Source: Thecamonas trahens ATCC 50062 | Taxonomy: Eukaryota; Protista; Apusomonadida | Reading direction: 5' to 3' | Assembly (NCBI RefSeq): GCF_000142905.1 | Contig: NW_013657663.1 | Location: 1 to 64,000 of the forward strand | DNA length: 64,000 nt | In this document: positions 22,629 through 33,937 of the stretch, piece by piece | How the letters are laid out: every line of letters starts with the position of its first letter | How positions within the stretch are numbered: position 1 is the stretch's first letter | Notes under the pieces: generated by a model | The model's database searches: none | Seen by the model: the letters and a program-made list of their open reading frames with translations, nothing else | What the model was told of the DNA's origin: nothing | Program-made: the position numbers and the translations under genes

Positions 22629-24432
22629 ATGGCTGGCCGCAAACGAAGGAAGCGGACCCAAGACGAGGACACGTCGACCGGTGCTGTGGTGGCTGACACT
22701 GTGCCGGCAGCCACGCCTGGAAAGAGCTACCCCGAGGTCATTGCCCAGCTCGCCAGCCTCGCCCAGCAGCGGCGCCAGCCGTGCGAGAGCCATGCCGAGG
22801 CGGTGGCATTCTCCGGAGGTGGCACCGGCGCTGGTGTACCCAAGGTTGTCGACGACCTAGCGGCGCTGGTTCCCCTGGTGGAGAGCCTCCCGCTCAAGCG
22901 CAAGCTCGACGCTCAGCTGCTGGGGCCGGACGAGCTGGTCGAGTTTGTGCAGGCTGCTGACGATGCGGTGGTGCTGACGGGCGTGCCGCCGACGTCGATG
23001 TCGTCGGTGCTGGTGCAAAAGGGCAAGTCGAAGCGGCGCACAACGCATCTCTCCATCAGCGAGCATGTGGTCCACGCGTATCTGATGCCCGCATGGCCTT
23101 TCCGCGCGGTCTGTGGCGGCGGTTCCGGTCGGGCGCGTACGCGCTGGATTCAGTCAAGACCAAGGCGTCGCTCATTGTGGTCCTTGCCAACGTTGGCTAC
23201 GCGTTCGGCTCGATGCCAACTGCGCTGCACCCGTACTCGACGACGGCGTCCGAGTTGCTTGCCTCGCTCGATGCGCAGCAGCTGCAGCCGTTCCTTGTCG
23301 AGCTGCTGGAGGACCAGATCCCGCTGCACTACTACTCGGGCTCGCTGGTTGTCGAAATCCGCGACTTTCGCCACAAGCAGCTGCCAGATGCACCGTCGGC
23401 GTCAGACGTGTCGACTCTACTGGCCGGCGAGCCGTACGCAGTCCACAAGGTCCTGCTCGAGCCCAACTACGAGTCGCTGATGTACGACCTTGAGCGCATT
23501 CACGTCGAACAGTTTGGCGGTGGCTGGACCCGCGACGAGCGCATTTTGCTGGAGAAGCGCCTCCTCCATGCCCTCCACCCGCCGGTCTGTCTCGATCCGT
23601 CGCTCCGGGTGGCCCAGGTTGCCAACTGCGTGGCGTACAACACACACAAGTTCACCGTCCGCCCTGACCCCTCGATCGACGTCCTCATTGCCAAGTACGA
23701 CTTGTTCAAGACACTTGCCGATGTCATCACCCATACCGCCACCAAGTTCAACCTCCTCTCGTTCCTCACCGAGCAGCGGCGGCACGGCAAGCCCATTACC
23801 TCGTTGCAGGGCGACCCGATGAGCCCACTCCACGTGGCGCCTCACAATGCGAGCCTGGCCAAGCCAACCACCCTTGCCGCCCTTGCTGCCGCCCCGCCGC
23901 CGACCCGCAAGTCGCCGCTCTACTCGGCTGCGCCGCCCTCGTTCGACCAGGCCATCCGGCCCTACCGCGGTGTCAAGTTTGCTGCAGTCAAGGAGAACAG
24001 TAAGCAGTGCTCGCTCGCCATCTACAACACCGCCGAGTCCATCTACACCGCCCGCCTCCAGTTTGTTGGCGACCCGCTTCGGCTCGCAACCGCCCGGCCA
24101 TCGTCAACTATACTCTTGGCTCGCGTCAGGCTGCTGAGCGGTATGTGGCCCAGATCCAGCGGTTGTTTGAGAAAGAGGGCTTTGTGTGCATCGAGAACCG
24201 CCTGTATGCACCACCCAAGCTCCCCACTGACGCACCTCCCCACGCCGCCGCGGAATCGACGAACCCTGTCGCTGCTGCGGCTGCCGCCGCTGAGCCCGCG
24301 CCAGACGACGATGCCAGCACTACACCTACTTTCGACACCCAGCCGCCCACTGAGGGCATCGCTGACATGGACATCACCACCGCCATCCCACCTCCGTCGC
24401 CGCGCACTCCACGGACTCGCCGCCGCCGCTAA
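22629..24432 (+). CDS. SPT20: SAGA complex subunit Spt20/SUPT20H-like (frameshifts at ~23090-23150 and ~24074)
   Basis: PYS...ELL..LDA.QL.P.LVELLE, YYSGSLVVEIRDFR, KVLLEP, WT.DE..LLE..L......CLDPS; C-terminal YTLGS..AAERYVAQ...FEKEG. Confidence 0.8.
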
Positions 24433-24443
24433 ATGATGCTTTA

Positions 24444-26537
24444 TCACTCGGACGCAGATTGCTCATCTTCGCCACTGGCACCATCAGCGTCGCTCGCACC
24501 ACCGGCGTCGCTCGCACCATCGGCGTCGTTTGCACCATCGGCGTCGCCGGCGGCAGAGGCACTGTCCTCGTCGCGCCGCGCCACGGGCGCCGGCTCGGGC
24601 GTCCCAAACACCCGTCGCATCATGTACGTCGATGGGGTCGCAAGAACCGCGCGCGGGTTCCGCAGCGGCGTCGCCTCGACCAGGTTGTCGTACAGCGTGC
24701 GGACCGGCTCGCGTAGCCGTGAGTAGCCCGTGGTAAAGACGTATGATGCGCCGGCGAGCTGAAGCCAGACCAGCGCCACGAGCTTGACATGGTACCAGAG
24801 CGGAATGTACGAGCCGCCCCACGCCGAGACGCCGTGGTGCACAAAGTCGAGGCCGACAAAGACCGTCCAGTAGAGGACCCAGAACCGCTGGGTCGTCGCC
24901 AGCGGCGCCGCCCGCCGCCGCCGCTCCGGCGAGCCGCCCCGACCACGGTTGCCGCCGGAGAACCCCAGAGCAGAGAGCGTGGCATACAGCGGAACCGCGT
25001 ACCCGACCAGCACCGTGCCGTAGTAGGTAATAAAGCCCGGCGTGAAGAGAAATATCGGCGTGATGAGCAGGAGCGACGAGGCCTGCGCCAGGAGCTCGGC
25101 CGTCATCCGCGCCCGCTCGGCCGTCATCACTCCCATAAACGTGAGCGCGTTGAGCGCGGTTGCCACCGAGAGCGACTCCCACAGTCCGCGGAGCTTGCCG
25201 AGCATGCCACCGCTGTTTGCCCGCCGCCGCAGCGGCGCGCTCGCAGCTGCCCCAAAGGGAGTCACCGCCGCAAGGACCGGGACCAGCGCCCGCGCCCCAA
25301 GCTCCGACCCGTTGGTCCACGGCAGCAGTGCCCACAGCACAACAGCGACGTGGAGCAAGTGCAGGAGCTCGTAGCCGATGGCGGCGACAATCATCGACTC
25401 GACAAACGGAACGGCGAGCGCGAGAGTCACCCCACCGTACACTGCCCAGAACTCAAGCCAGCTGCACGATTCGAGCACGCTGCTACGAGCAGGCGCGCCG
25501 CGCTGCTGGTCGGCCCCGCGCTCGGCGTGGAGCACTTGCACAAGGTGCCGGGCAGCGAGGCCGACCGGTACGAGAGCGAGCGTGACAAAGCGAACAAGCG
25601 TCGACGAGGTGAGACCAAAGGCAACCGAGGGCGCAAAGACCGCGCCGCCGGCTACGCCGCCCCAGAATACAACATGCGGGAGCGAGTCAGCAAGAGTGCG
25701 CGATCGCGCGGCGACCACAGCGGTCACCGCCTGCCATCCGCGGGCCACCGTCGCGGCCTTGCTGTTGACATACCGGACGGTGCGCGGGATGATTCGCGTC
25801 CGACGGACGAACCGCGCCAGACCCCAGAGGAGGGCAGCGACAACAGCGACGCCGACCTCGAGCGCGATGGCGGCTGGCGGCTGCGACGCCACCTGGTGCC
25901 AGAGCCACCACCAGGCGTGGGCCATCGACTCGCTGTAGCTCTCCCATGCCACCCGCGCAAGTACATACCCGTGTGCCGCCACGTACACGTAGCCCAGAAC
26001 CAGCGGGAGCGCCACAAGGCCAAGAACACGGAGCCAGGCGCCGACCGCAACCGCAGTGGCGCCGACCGCGGTGTGGGCGGCACTCATCAACGACGAGCCC
26101 CAGCCGCCGACGTTGATGTCGAGCAGCGCCAGCAGCGGCGAGAGGCCCGGCACGTCGCCGTAATCGTGTACGACTCTCTCTTCTTGTTCTTCGCCGGGAC
26201 CGACACGGAGAATGAGCAGCCGGACCTTGTCGTAGGCAACGTGAGCCATCGGGATGGCATCCCAAGCTGCAGCGGCGACCTCGCCCACGGCGCTCGGGTC
26301 CATCACCGACCTCGCCGGCAGCAGCGGATCCCAGTCGACGCCGGTAGCCACAAACAGCATCCAGCCCGTAGGCACCGCCACCAGTAGCGCAAAGGCTATG
26401 GCCAGTACGACCTGTTCCCGTCGCCCCAGCCGCCGTGCCCTCTTCCTTGCCTCTCTCATCGTCGTCGCCGCCACTCCGGCCGCCGTCGCCACCGGCCACT
26501 TGGCCACAGCCACTGCGCTGCGTCGGACAGAGTCCAT
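24444..26537 (-). CDS. Multi-pass membrane protein with two TB2/DP1/HVA22 (REEP-like) domains
   Basis: WLEFWAVYG...VLWALLP..NG and FWVLYWTVF...IPLWYHVKLVALVWLQL..GASYVF; C-terminal 18-bp ADGASD repeats. Confidence 0.7.
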   Translation of the reverse strand: MDSVRRSAVAVAKWPVATAAGVAATTMREARKRARRLGRREQVVLAIAFALLVAVPTGWMLFVATGVDWDPLLPARSVMDPSAVGEVAAAAWDAIPMAHVAYDKVRLLILRVGPGEEQEERVVHDYGDVPGLSPLLALLDINVGGWGSSLMSAAHTAVGATAVAVGAWLRVLGLVALPLVLGYVYVAAHGYVLARVAWESYSESMAHAWWWLWHQVASQPPAAIALEVGVAVVAALLWGLARFVRRTRIIPRTVRYVNSKAATVARGWQAVTAVVAARSRTLADSLPHVVFWGGVAGGAVFAPSVAFGLTSSTLVRFVTLALVPVGLAARHLVQVLHAERGADQQRGAPARSSVLESCSWLEFWAVYGGVTLALAVPFVESMIVAAIGYELLHLLHVAVVLWALLPWTNGSELGARALVPVLAAVTPFGAAASAPLRRRANSGGMLGKLRGLWESLSVATALNALTFMGVMTAERARMTAELLAQASSLLLITPIFLFTPGFITYYGTVLVGYAVPLYATLSALGFSGGNRGRGGSPERRRRAAPLATTQRFWVLYWTVFVGLDFVHHGVSAWGGSYIPLWYHVKLVALVWLQLAGASYVFTTGYSRLREPVRTLYDNLVEATPLRNPRAVLATPSTYMMRRVFGTPEPAPVARRDEDSASAAGDADGANDADGASDAGGASDADGASGEDEQSASE

Positions 26538-26581
26538 CTCCTAACCCTATCCAAAGATGATGGTGATGGAGGGGGGGGGGG

Positions 26582-26681
26582 NNNNNNNNNNNNNNNNNNN
26601 NNNNNNNNNNNNNNNNNNNNNNNNNNNNNNNNNNNNNNNNNNNNNNNNNNNNNNNNNNNNNNNNNNNNNNNNNNNNNNNNN
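26582..26681. other. Assembly gap (100 N)
   Basis: N run flanked by poly-G. Confidence 1.
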
Positions 26682-27882
26682 GGGGGCGTTTCTAAACCCG
26701 GGTTGTCCCCCCGGTCCAGTCGGTTGCCGTCCCGTTGCTCGTCTTGCCATCAGCTCCACAATCTCTGGCCCGATACAATCAGGTGCTCGATTTCCCTTGT
26801 TTATAAAGCGTGTTGCTGTCGTGCTTCATTTGCCGCACTTATGCCCGACCTTCCCATCGGTCCTCACATCCTGCGTGGGCGCTGCTAGCATCACTCCCAC
26901 GCATGTGGTATTTCTACATTCATGCACGTCTATCCTATTAGGTTTTCAGTTGCGCGCAGGGCGCCGTAGTGCTCTCGGGAGTATGCGGCGAGCGGTCTTT
27001 GTACTTATATCTGCCGGGGCGCCCGGACGCACGACACTTCGTCTATCTCCTACATCTGGGCAGCTACACTCTTCTGGTGTTCCTCTCTAATGTTCTCCGG
27101 AGTTATTCCTATATTTTTGTACGGTACATGCATTCAAAAAAAAAAATAAGGTGCCTTCCACGTCCACGGTGAGTGCAGTAAAGACCTTCGTCTCGGTGTC
27201 TCCCTCCTCTTTCCGGTAAAAGTTTGGTCCCGTCACACCCTTGCCTCTCCCCCCGACCAGCCGGTCTTTTTCCCGTGGCGACCCCCTCCCCCGGCGCGCA
27301 TCCCCCGCGGAGGAGCCCACTGGAATACATTCCCGACGGCCCTTCCCCTACTTGGGAAAGGTTCCTTTTCTTACCTCCCTCAAAAAAATTTTTTTTGGTA
27401 GGGGGGGGGGGGGGGGGGGGGAGGGGGAGGGGGAGGGGGGAGGGGAGGTGGACGGTCACGGTGAGGTGAGGGTGAGGGCAAGCGAAAGGCGCCAAAGAGG
27501 GAAGCGACCAATGGCAATGATGATTATCGATAGATATAACGATGATCTTGATCAAATCATCAATAGAGCGCAGCACCCCATGGACACGCCCGCTACACCC
27601 CATCGCCCTTGCCCTTGCCATTGCCCTTACCCTTGCCATTGCCCTTGCCCTTGCCCTTGTCATGTCTTTCATCTGTCATCAAGTTTGAGCTTAGATCCGC
27701 GGAGATGGGCTCCTGTCACGTGATTGATGGCAACGACTCGGAAACCACCTTCCCCACCTTCGCCACCTCAGCCAGCCGGCCAGCCAGCCAGCCACCCGCT
27801 GCTCCTGCCGAGACCGCAGCCAGCCGGCGTCCTGCCCACCTCCACCTCTTCCGCACCACCACTCAACTCCCCTCTTGTCAAC

Positions 27883-29512
27883 ATGGACGACAAGTACGAC
27901 TGCATTGTGCTGGGTACGCACCTCCCTCCCCGCCCCCTCGCCTTCCGCATACCCCTCCCGCCCTCCCGCCCCCTCCCCCCCTTCCCCCACCTCTGCCCCA
28001 AAAAAAGCCACAACACGTACACCTCCTCGCCGCCCTCCCTCCCCCCTCCCCCCTTCCCCCCTCCCCCCTTCCCCCCTCCCACCGCCCCACCCACCCACCG
28101 CCCCACCCATACACCCACACACATCCATACCACCACAACCGAGACTCTACCTCCTCACTCACCCCATCTCCCCTCCCCCCAACCACCCCCCAACCCCCAA
28201 CCCCCAACCCCCCAGGCACGGGCCTCAAGGAGTGCATCATCTCGGGCCTCATGTCGGTGGAGCGGAAGAAGGTGCTCCACATGGACCGCAATGACTTTTA
28301 CGGTGGAGAGTCGGCCTCGCTCACCCTGGATCAGCTCTTCCAGCGGTTCACCGATGGCCAGAAGCCGCCCGAGTCGCTCGGCTCGTCGCGTGACTACCAG
28401 ATTGACCTCATCCCCAAGTTCATCATGGCCAACGGCGCCCTGGTCAACATGCTTGTCTTTACCGGCGTCAACCGGTACCTCGAGTTCAAGAAGGTCGACG
28501 GCTCGTTTGTCATGCGCGGCGGCAAGGTGTACAAGGTGCCGGCCACCGACGTCGAGGCGCTCAAGTCGTCGCTGATGGGCTTCTTCCAGAAGCGCAAGTG
28601 CAAGAACTTCTTTGCCTTTGCCCAGAACTACGACGATGCCGACCCGTCGACCCACAAGGGCTTCAACATCGACGAGACCCCGATCAAGGACATCTTTGAG
28701 TACTACGGCCTCGATGACAACACCGTCGAGTTTATCGGCCACGCCGTCGCCCTCAACAAGGACGACTCGTACCTCACCCGTCCGGCTCGCGAGACCTTTG
28801 ACCGCATGAAGCTCTACGCCGACTCGCTCGCCCGCTACGGCTCCTCGCCCTATCTCTACCCGCTCTACGGCCTCGGCGAGCTCCCGCAGGGCTTTGCCCG
28901 CCTCTCGGCCATCTACGGCGGCACCTACATGCTGCAGAAGCCCATCGAGGAGGTCGTCTACAACGACGAGGGCCGCGTCTGTGGCGTCAAGTCAGAGGGC
29001 GAAGTCGCCGCCTGCGACTTTGTCGTCGGCGACCCGTCGTACTTCCCCGACAAGGTCCGCCAGACCGGCTCCGTCGTCCGCTGCATCTGCATCCTCAACC
29101 ACCCCATTCCCTCCACCGACAACGCCGAGTCGTGCCAGATCATTGTCCCGCAGCGCCAGGCCGGCCGCAACTCAGACATCTACATCTCGTGCGTCTCGTA
29201 CGCCCACAACGTCGCCGCCCCCGGCAAGTGGATCGTCCTCGTCTCCACCACCGTCGAGACAGACAACCCGCTGAAGGAGCTCGAGCCCGGCTTTGCTCTC
29301 CTTGGCGAAATCGAGGCCCGCTTCCCTTCCGTCTCGGCCACCTTTGAGCCCACAAACGACCCGAGAAGGACGGCGTCTTTATCACCACCTCGTACGACGC
29401 CACCACACACTTTGAGACCTCGTGCGACGACGTCTTCAAGGTCTACCGCGCCATCACCGGTCACGACATTGACTTTGACAACCCGCCGCGCCCCGACCAG
29501 GACGACGAGTAA
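27883..29512 (+). CDS. GDI1: Rab GDP dissociation inhibitor (exon 1 27883-27913, exon 2 from 28216; frameshift at ~29361)
   Basis: MDDKYDCIVLG|TGLKECIISGLMSV..KKVLHMDRNDFYGGESASL, SPYLYPLYGLGELPQGFARLSAIYGGTYML. The conserved SYDATTHFET is recovered by adding one C; stop at 29510-29512. Confidence 0.95.
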
Positions 29513-29554
29513 CGTGTCCGCCCGTAAACTCATCAGCTCCTCGCTGCGATCTCT

Positions 29555-31218
29555 TTACCACATCCCCGCAAAGTGCTCGTCGCCGCCGACCCCCACCTCG
29601 GGCAGGCACTGCGCAATCGTCGCTCCGACCTCGTACACCTCTTCCACCCTCGGATGCACCATCCGGAACGCCGACCCGCCGCTGTGGACCTTGTGTCGGA
29701 GCTCGTCGAGCCCGAGCGTCACGTGCTCGTTCTTGCCCAGCTCCTCGGCGACAAGCCGGAGAAGACCATCCGCGTCAAAGCTCTCGTCGGACCCGCGCCC
29801 GAGCTCGGCGCCCGCCACCGCGATCAGCCCCCCTCGTCACCGCCGACAAGAACTCGCCTTCCCGACACCTCCTGTGCCGCGCGCACAATGTCGGTCTGCT
29901 GTGGCCCGTTCATCACTGCCGTCTGCGCCGCCGTCTGTCCGTCGTCCGCGAGATGCATCCGCCCGGTTCCGGGCAGAGCAGCCTGGAGCCGATCGGCCAT
30001 CTCGCTGCCGGCGGTCTTGGAAAGCCCGGCGAGCCCAGCGTCCGGATTGCCCGCCACGACCAGCGTCGGCATCGGATCGAGGGTCTTGCCGTGGATCGAT
30101 GGCGTGTGCGGGCGGAGGACAAAGAGGCTGCGCCCGGCAACCGCCTCGAGAACAAGGCCGAACAGCGCGAGCGCGTCGAGAACGTATCCGATCTGCGTCG
30201 GCGCATGCTTCATGTCACTGAATGCACCGTTGCTCAACACGCACTCTCCGTACCGTCCGCAATCGTCAAAGACAAAGCCCGAGTCGTCCTTTGGCTCCAG
30301 CCCGCGCTGCCGCAGTGCATCCACAAACTCGAGGCCGAGATACTTGAGCAGCTGCGCGTTGGCCCGGATCGTGCGCTTGTCGTAGATCTCGAGCACAAGC
30401 GTCGGCTTGGGCCGGTCGATGCCCGAGTCTGGCACAAAGATAACGCCCGAGGCCGCCGACCCGTGGCCGACTCCGGACTTGACCCGGAAGCCGTGCATTA
30501 GCGCCGCGTCGATGGTCGCGGCAAAGGCCACCGCCCGCGTCCCGTCGCGGTCGAGCTTCCGGGGAAGCTCCGCAAAGATCTGCCCGTTGCGCTCGGACAT
30601 CTCCACATCGACGCCGAGCCGGGTGCTCATGAGCGCTGCGGCGCCGGAAACCACTCGATCCGGAACACTGCTGGTAAAGAAGACCATATTCTCCTCGTAG
30701 TCGTGCGAGCCAAATACAAACGGCGCATCGTCCGAGCCGGTCTCGAGCGACTGCGCCAGCGGCTTGCAACTCAACAGTTCGGCGTTCGCCACCTCAAACG
30801 GCTCGAGCGTAAACTCAAACGTGATCGAGCCGGCGGTCTCGGTAGGCCGATCAAGCGGCGGCTCGAGGCCGATCGTGAGGTGCGATCGCGGCGGAAGCTC
30901 CCGCAGCTGGTCGAGGTTCATCGTCGCAGAGCCGAGCTCCGCGTCGGCGAGCAGGATCTTAGAGTGGTGAACGTCGAACCGAAGCGTCGAGGCCTTGACA
31001 AACGGGCCAAGCTCGGCCGATGCATCCGCAAACTGCCACACTGGCTCGGTCGTCGATCGCACTGTCGCTGTCGTGTACTTGATCCCGGCCTCGGGAATCG
31101 AGACCGTAACGTACGGGTTGGCCGAGTCGCGGAACTTCTTGATCGGTATGAGATTGTTGGCCGAGACCACTCGGAGGTGGAGCTTGCCGGTAACCGTCGG
31201 AATCAAAGATGATGACAT
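29555..31218 (-). CDS. C2-domain protein with an uncharacterised C-terminal region (probable frameshift at ~29830)
   Basis: GKLHLRVVSANNL...ANPYVTV...T.TV..TTEPVW...LRFDV...LGSATMNL. One extra G joins ORF 29555-29818. Confidence 0.7.
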
Positions 31219-31432
31219 TGATTGTCTTGATATTGTGTCTGTCTACCTATCCCCGCCATAAACGCCGGCATTGCGTCGTGCTTTTATCGTAGACGGTGGC
31301 CCAGACTCATCTGGCTGACAACGCCTGTGACACTATGACGTCACGCCACCACTCGCGCACCACCGGGACACGGACCACCAAGCCGCACCCCCACCTTCTC
31401 CACTACCACCTCATCCTCCTGTATTCTGTTAC

Positions 31433-32738
31433 TTACTCGGCACCGCTGGCGCTGCCGGTCTCGGCATCGGCGGCAAGCGCGATGCCGACCCGGTCGGCCC
31501 GCTGGCGAATGACGTCGCGAAGGCGCGAGATGTGGACCTCGACGCAAGCGTCGGACTCGCGCGGCGACTCCCACGCCAGGAACTGGAGGCGGAGGCCAAG
31601 GACCTCGGTGAGCTTGAGAATGACGTCGCGCTCGAGGTCGTCTTTGAGCATGGCACCGAGGAGCGAGGCCGTCGACGCAAAGTCGATGTCGGGCGGCGAG
31701 AGGCCGGCCTGCCTTGGAAACGCGCGGGCATGCGGCATCGGGCACGAGAGGAAAATGTCTTGGACCCCGTACTGGGCAAGGAGAAGGACGTCGGCAGCTA
31801 GCGGGACCTGCGTGACAAAGCACGCCACGCCGCCGGCAGTCGGGTTGGCGAACACGGCGCTCTCAACAGCCGATGGTGACGATGGTGCTCCCGGCTGCGC
31901 GGCCTCGGCGACCCCGGTCGCGATGATGGCGTAGTTGTCCGAGACGAGGACGCACGCCGACGAGCTCCCGGATCGTCGCGCCGAGATAGCGTGCGCGAGC
32001 GTGCCAAGCGTCCGGATCCACGACATCGAGTGTCCGACCGGCGCTTCGCGCGTCCCAAACAGCAGTCGCCGCAGCTCGTCCTCACTCACCGCCAACGTCT
32101 CCAGCAGCGCCGCCCGGTCGCGCCCGGCCAGCTGCGTGATCGCCATCCCATGCTCGGCCTCCGCCACCCCGTGCACGCTCGTATCGTATCCGTACTTGCC
32201 ATTCTCGAACAGATACGTCACCCGCGCCACCCCCGCCGCCACCAGCCTCCGCACGCAATCGTGGCACGGGATGAGCGTGACGTAGCACACCAGCCCGCGG
32301 ACAAACGCGTGCTTGGCCATGTGCACCAGCCCGTTGACCTCCGAGTGAATGACAAAGTGCCGCTTGAGCAGCAGCGCCGAGACGGCTCCAGCCCCGCTTC
32401 TCCCCTCCCGCTTGCACTCCCGCTCGCACTCCCGCTCGCACTCCCGCTCGCACTCCCGCCTCCCAGCTCGCGTCCCCCTCAGCCTCATCGCCACTGCCAG
32501 CGATGAATCTGGCCTTGTACATCCGCAGCGCAATTTCCGGATCGCCAAACGGGCCGCCGCGAGTCTTCGGGAAGCCGTTGTACGAGAGCGAGAGCAGCCG
32601 CGTCTCGGTCGGATCCACAAACACGCAGCCCACGTCCGCTGCCGAGTCTTTGGATCTCAGCGCCGCCACCACCGCGCACAGAGCCCACCGCGCCGCTCCA
32701 GACATTCGCTGCACTGTCTCATTGTTTGAAGCCGCCAT
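31433..32738 (-). CDS. dCMP/cytidine deaminase-family protein with a second, degenerate deaminase domain (frameshift at ~32460)
   Basis: ALRSKDS...VGCVFVD...LSLSYNGFP in one frame; VIHSEVNG...YVTLIPCHDC..RLVAAGVARV in the next; 12-bp cgggagtgcgag repeats at the junction. Confidence 0.8.
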
Positions 32739-33019
32739 ATCCTGCCTCCCGACCCCTCACTGTGCTCGTCCTTGTCCTCCAGCAGACGGGTCTGTCGCTG
32801 TCAACCTGCTCACCTGCCTCTTTCGCCTGTCCCTCACCCGATCTCGGCCGACAGCCCAACCTGATGCTCCGAGATCGATCATGGACAGAGCCAGCCATTC
32901 ACACCAATCATCTACGCCAACCGTCTACGTCCATTGTCTACGCCAGCCCCCCCCCCCCCCCCTCCGATCACACGCCCACTCATCAACCATCACATCATCG
33001 TGATCAACCTCCCACCACC

Positions 33020-33120
33020 ACCCCATCCCCATCCCCATCGCCCATCCCCCATCCCCCATCCCCCATCCCCCATCCCCCATCCCCATCCCCATCCCCATCC
33101 CCAACCCCATTACCATTACC
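33020..33120. repeat. (CCCCAT)n microsatellite
   Basis: Visible tandem hexamers/heptamers. Confidence 0.9.
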
Positions 33121-33517
33121 ATCGCCCACCAAATTGACTAATTCATCTTTCGTTGGTCACTCAATGTCCGGAACGCACGCCAACCGCTTGGCTCTCGCCC
33201 TCCCTCCCTCCTCCCTCTCCCCTCCCCTCCCCACCAGCCCCCCGTAACGACAACACCTGCCTCTCTCACACCTGAACGGCATGGGGCTGTGCGCCAGCAG
33301 TGAACCAGAGCCCACTCCGGTATGCACCACTCCTCCCTTTCCCTCCCCTTCCCCTCCTCCCCCTCCCCTCCCCTCCCTTCCCCTCCCCTCCCGTTTGCCT
33401 TCCAATGCCCAAACCGGGTGAACCATCCCCCCCCCCGCACCCATCAATTATTTGTCCTTCAACCAATCGTTCACCCCCAACGACCACCAGCCAAATGGCA
33501 TCAATCATGGCACCATC

Positions 33518-33617
33518 NNNNNNNNNNNNNNNNNNNNNNNNNNNNNNNNNNNNNNNNNNNNNNNNNNNNNNNNNNNNNNNNNNNNNNNNNNNNNNNNNNN
33601 NNNNNNNNNNNNNNNNN
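33518..33617. other. Assembly gap (100 N)
   Basis: N run. Confidence 1.
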
Positions 33618-33937
33618 CCCCACTCCCCCGCCAACCCACCCCCCAACCAACACCCCTCCTTCGTCACTACCACAACTTCCATCACATACCCCGTGCGCTG
33701 TCGTTCTTTCCTCGGTGGCATGGCCTAACCGCCAGCCACGCCCATTGACGACGACGGTGATGACGACTCGGTTTTGTTCGGCACCGATCTCTCCTCGCCA
33801 TGCTCGCTTCGCTTCGCGCCGCGCCGCGCTCCTCGCCATCACCGCTCCGTTCCTCACCTGCACAAAAAACACGAAAACACAGAAGCTACTATGCCTATGC
33901 GACTTTGCTTTATATACTTGCCTCTCTTTGACACAGC

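Noticed and set aside
26682-27480. Possible ncRNA or foreign insert in the AT-richer stretch after the gap (ATTTTTG Sm-like site near 27113)
   Set aside because: No recognisable snRNA, tRNA or rRNA structure; adjacent to a gap and poly-G, so probably low-quality contig-end sequence
27715-27724. E-box/CLEAR-like GTCACGTGAT upstream of Rab GDI (also CACGTG at 43592 and 43751)
   Set aside because: Short isolated motifs expected by chance in GC-rich DNA; unsupported without enrichment analysis
27609-30221. 870-aa Rab GDI with long N- and C-terminal extensions
   Set aside because: The N-extension is intron and upstream sequence; the C-extension results from the frameshift at ~29361
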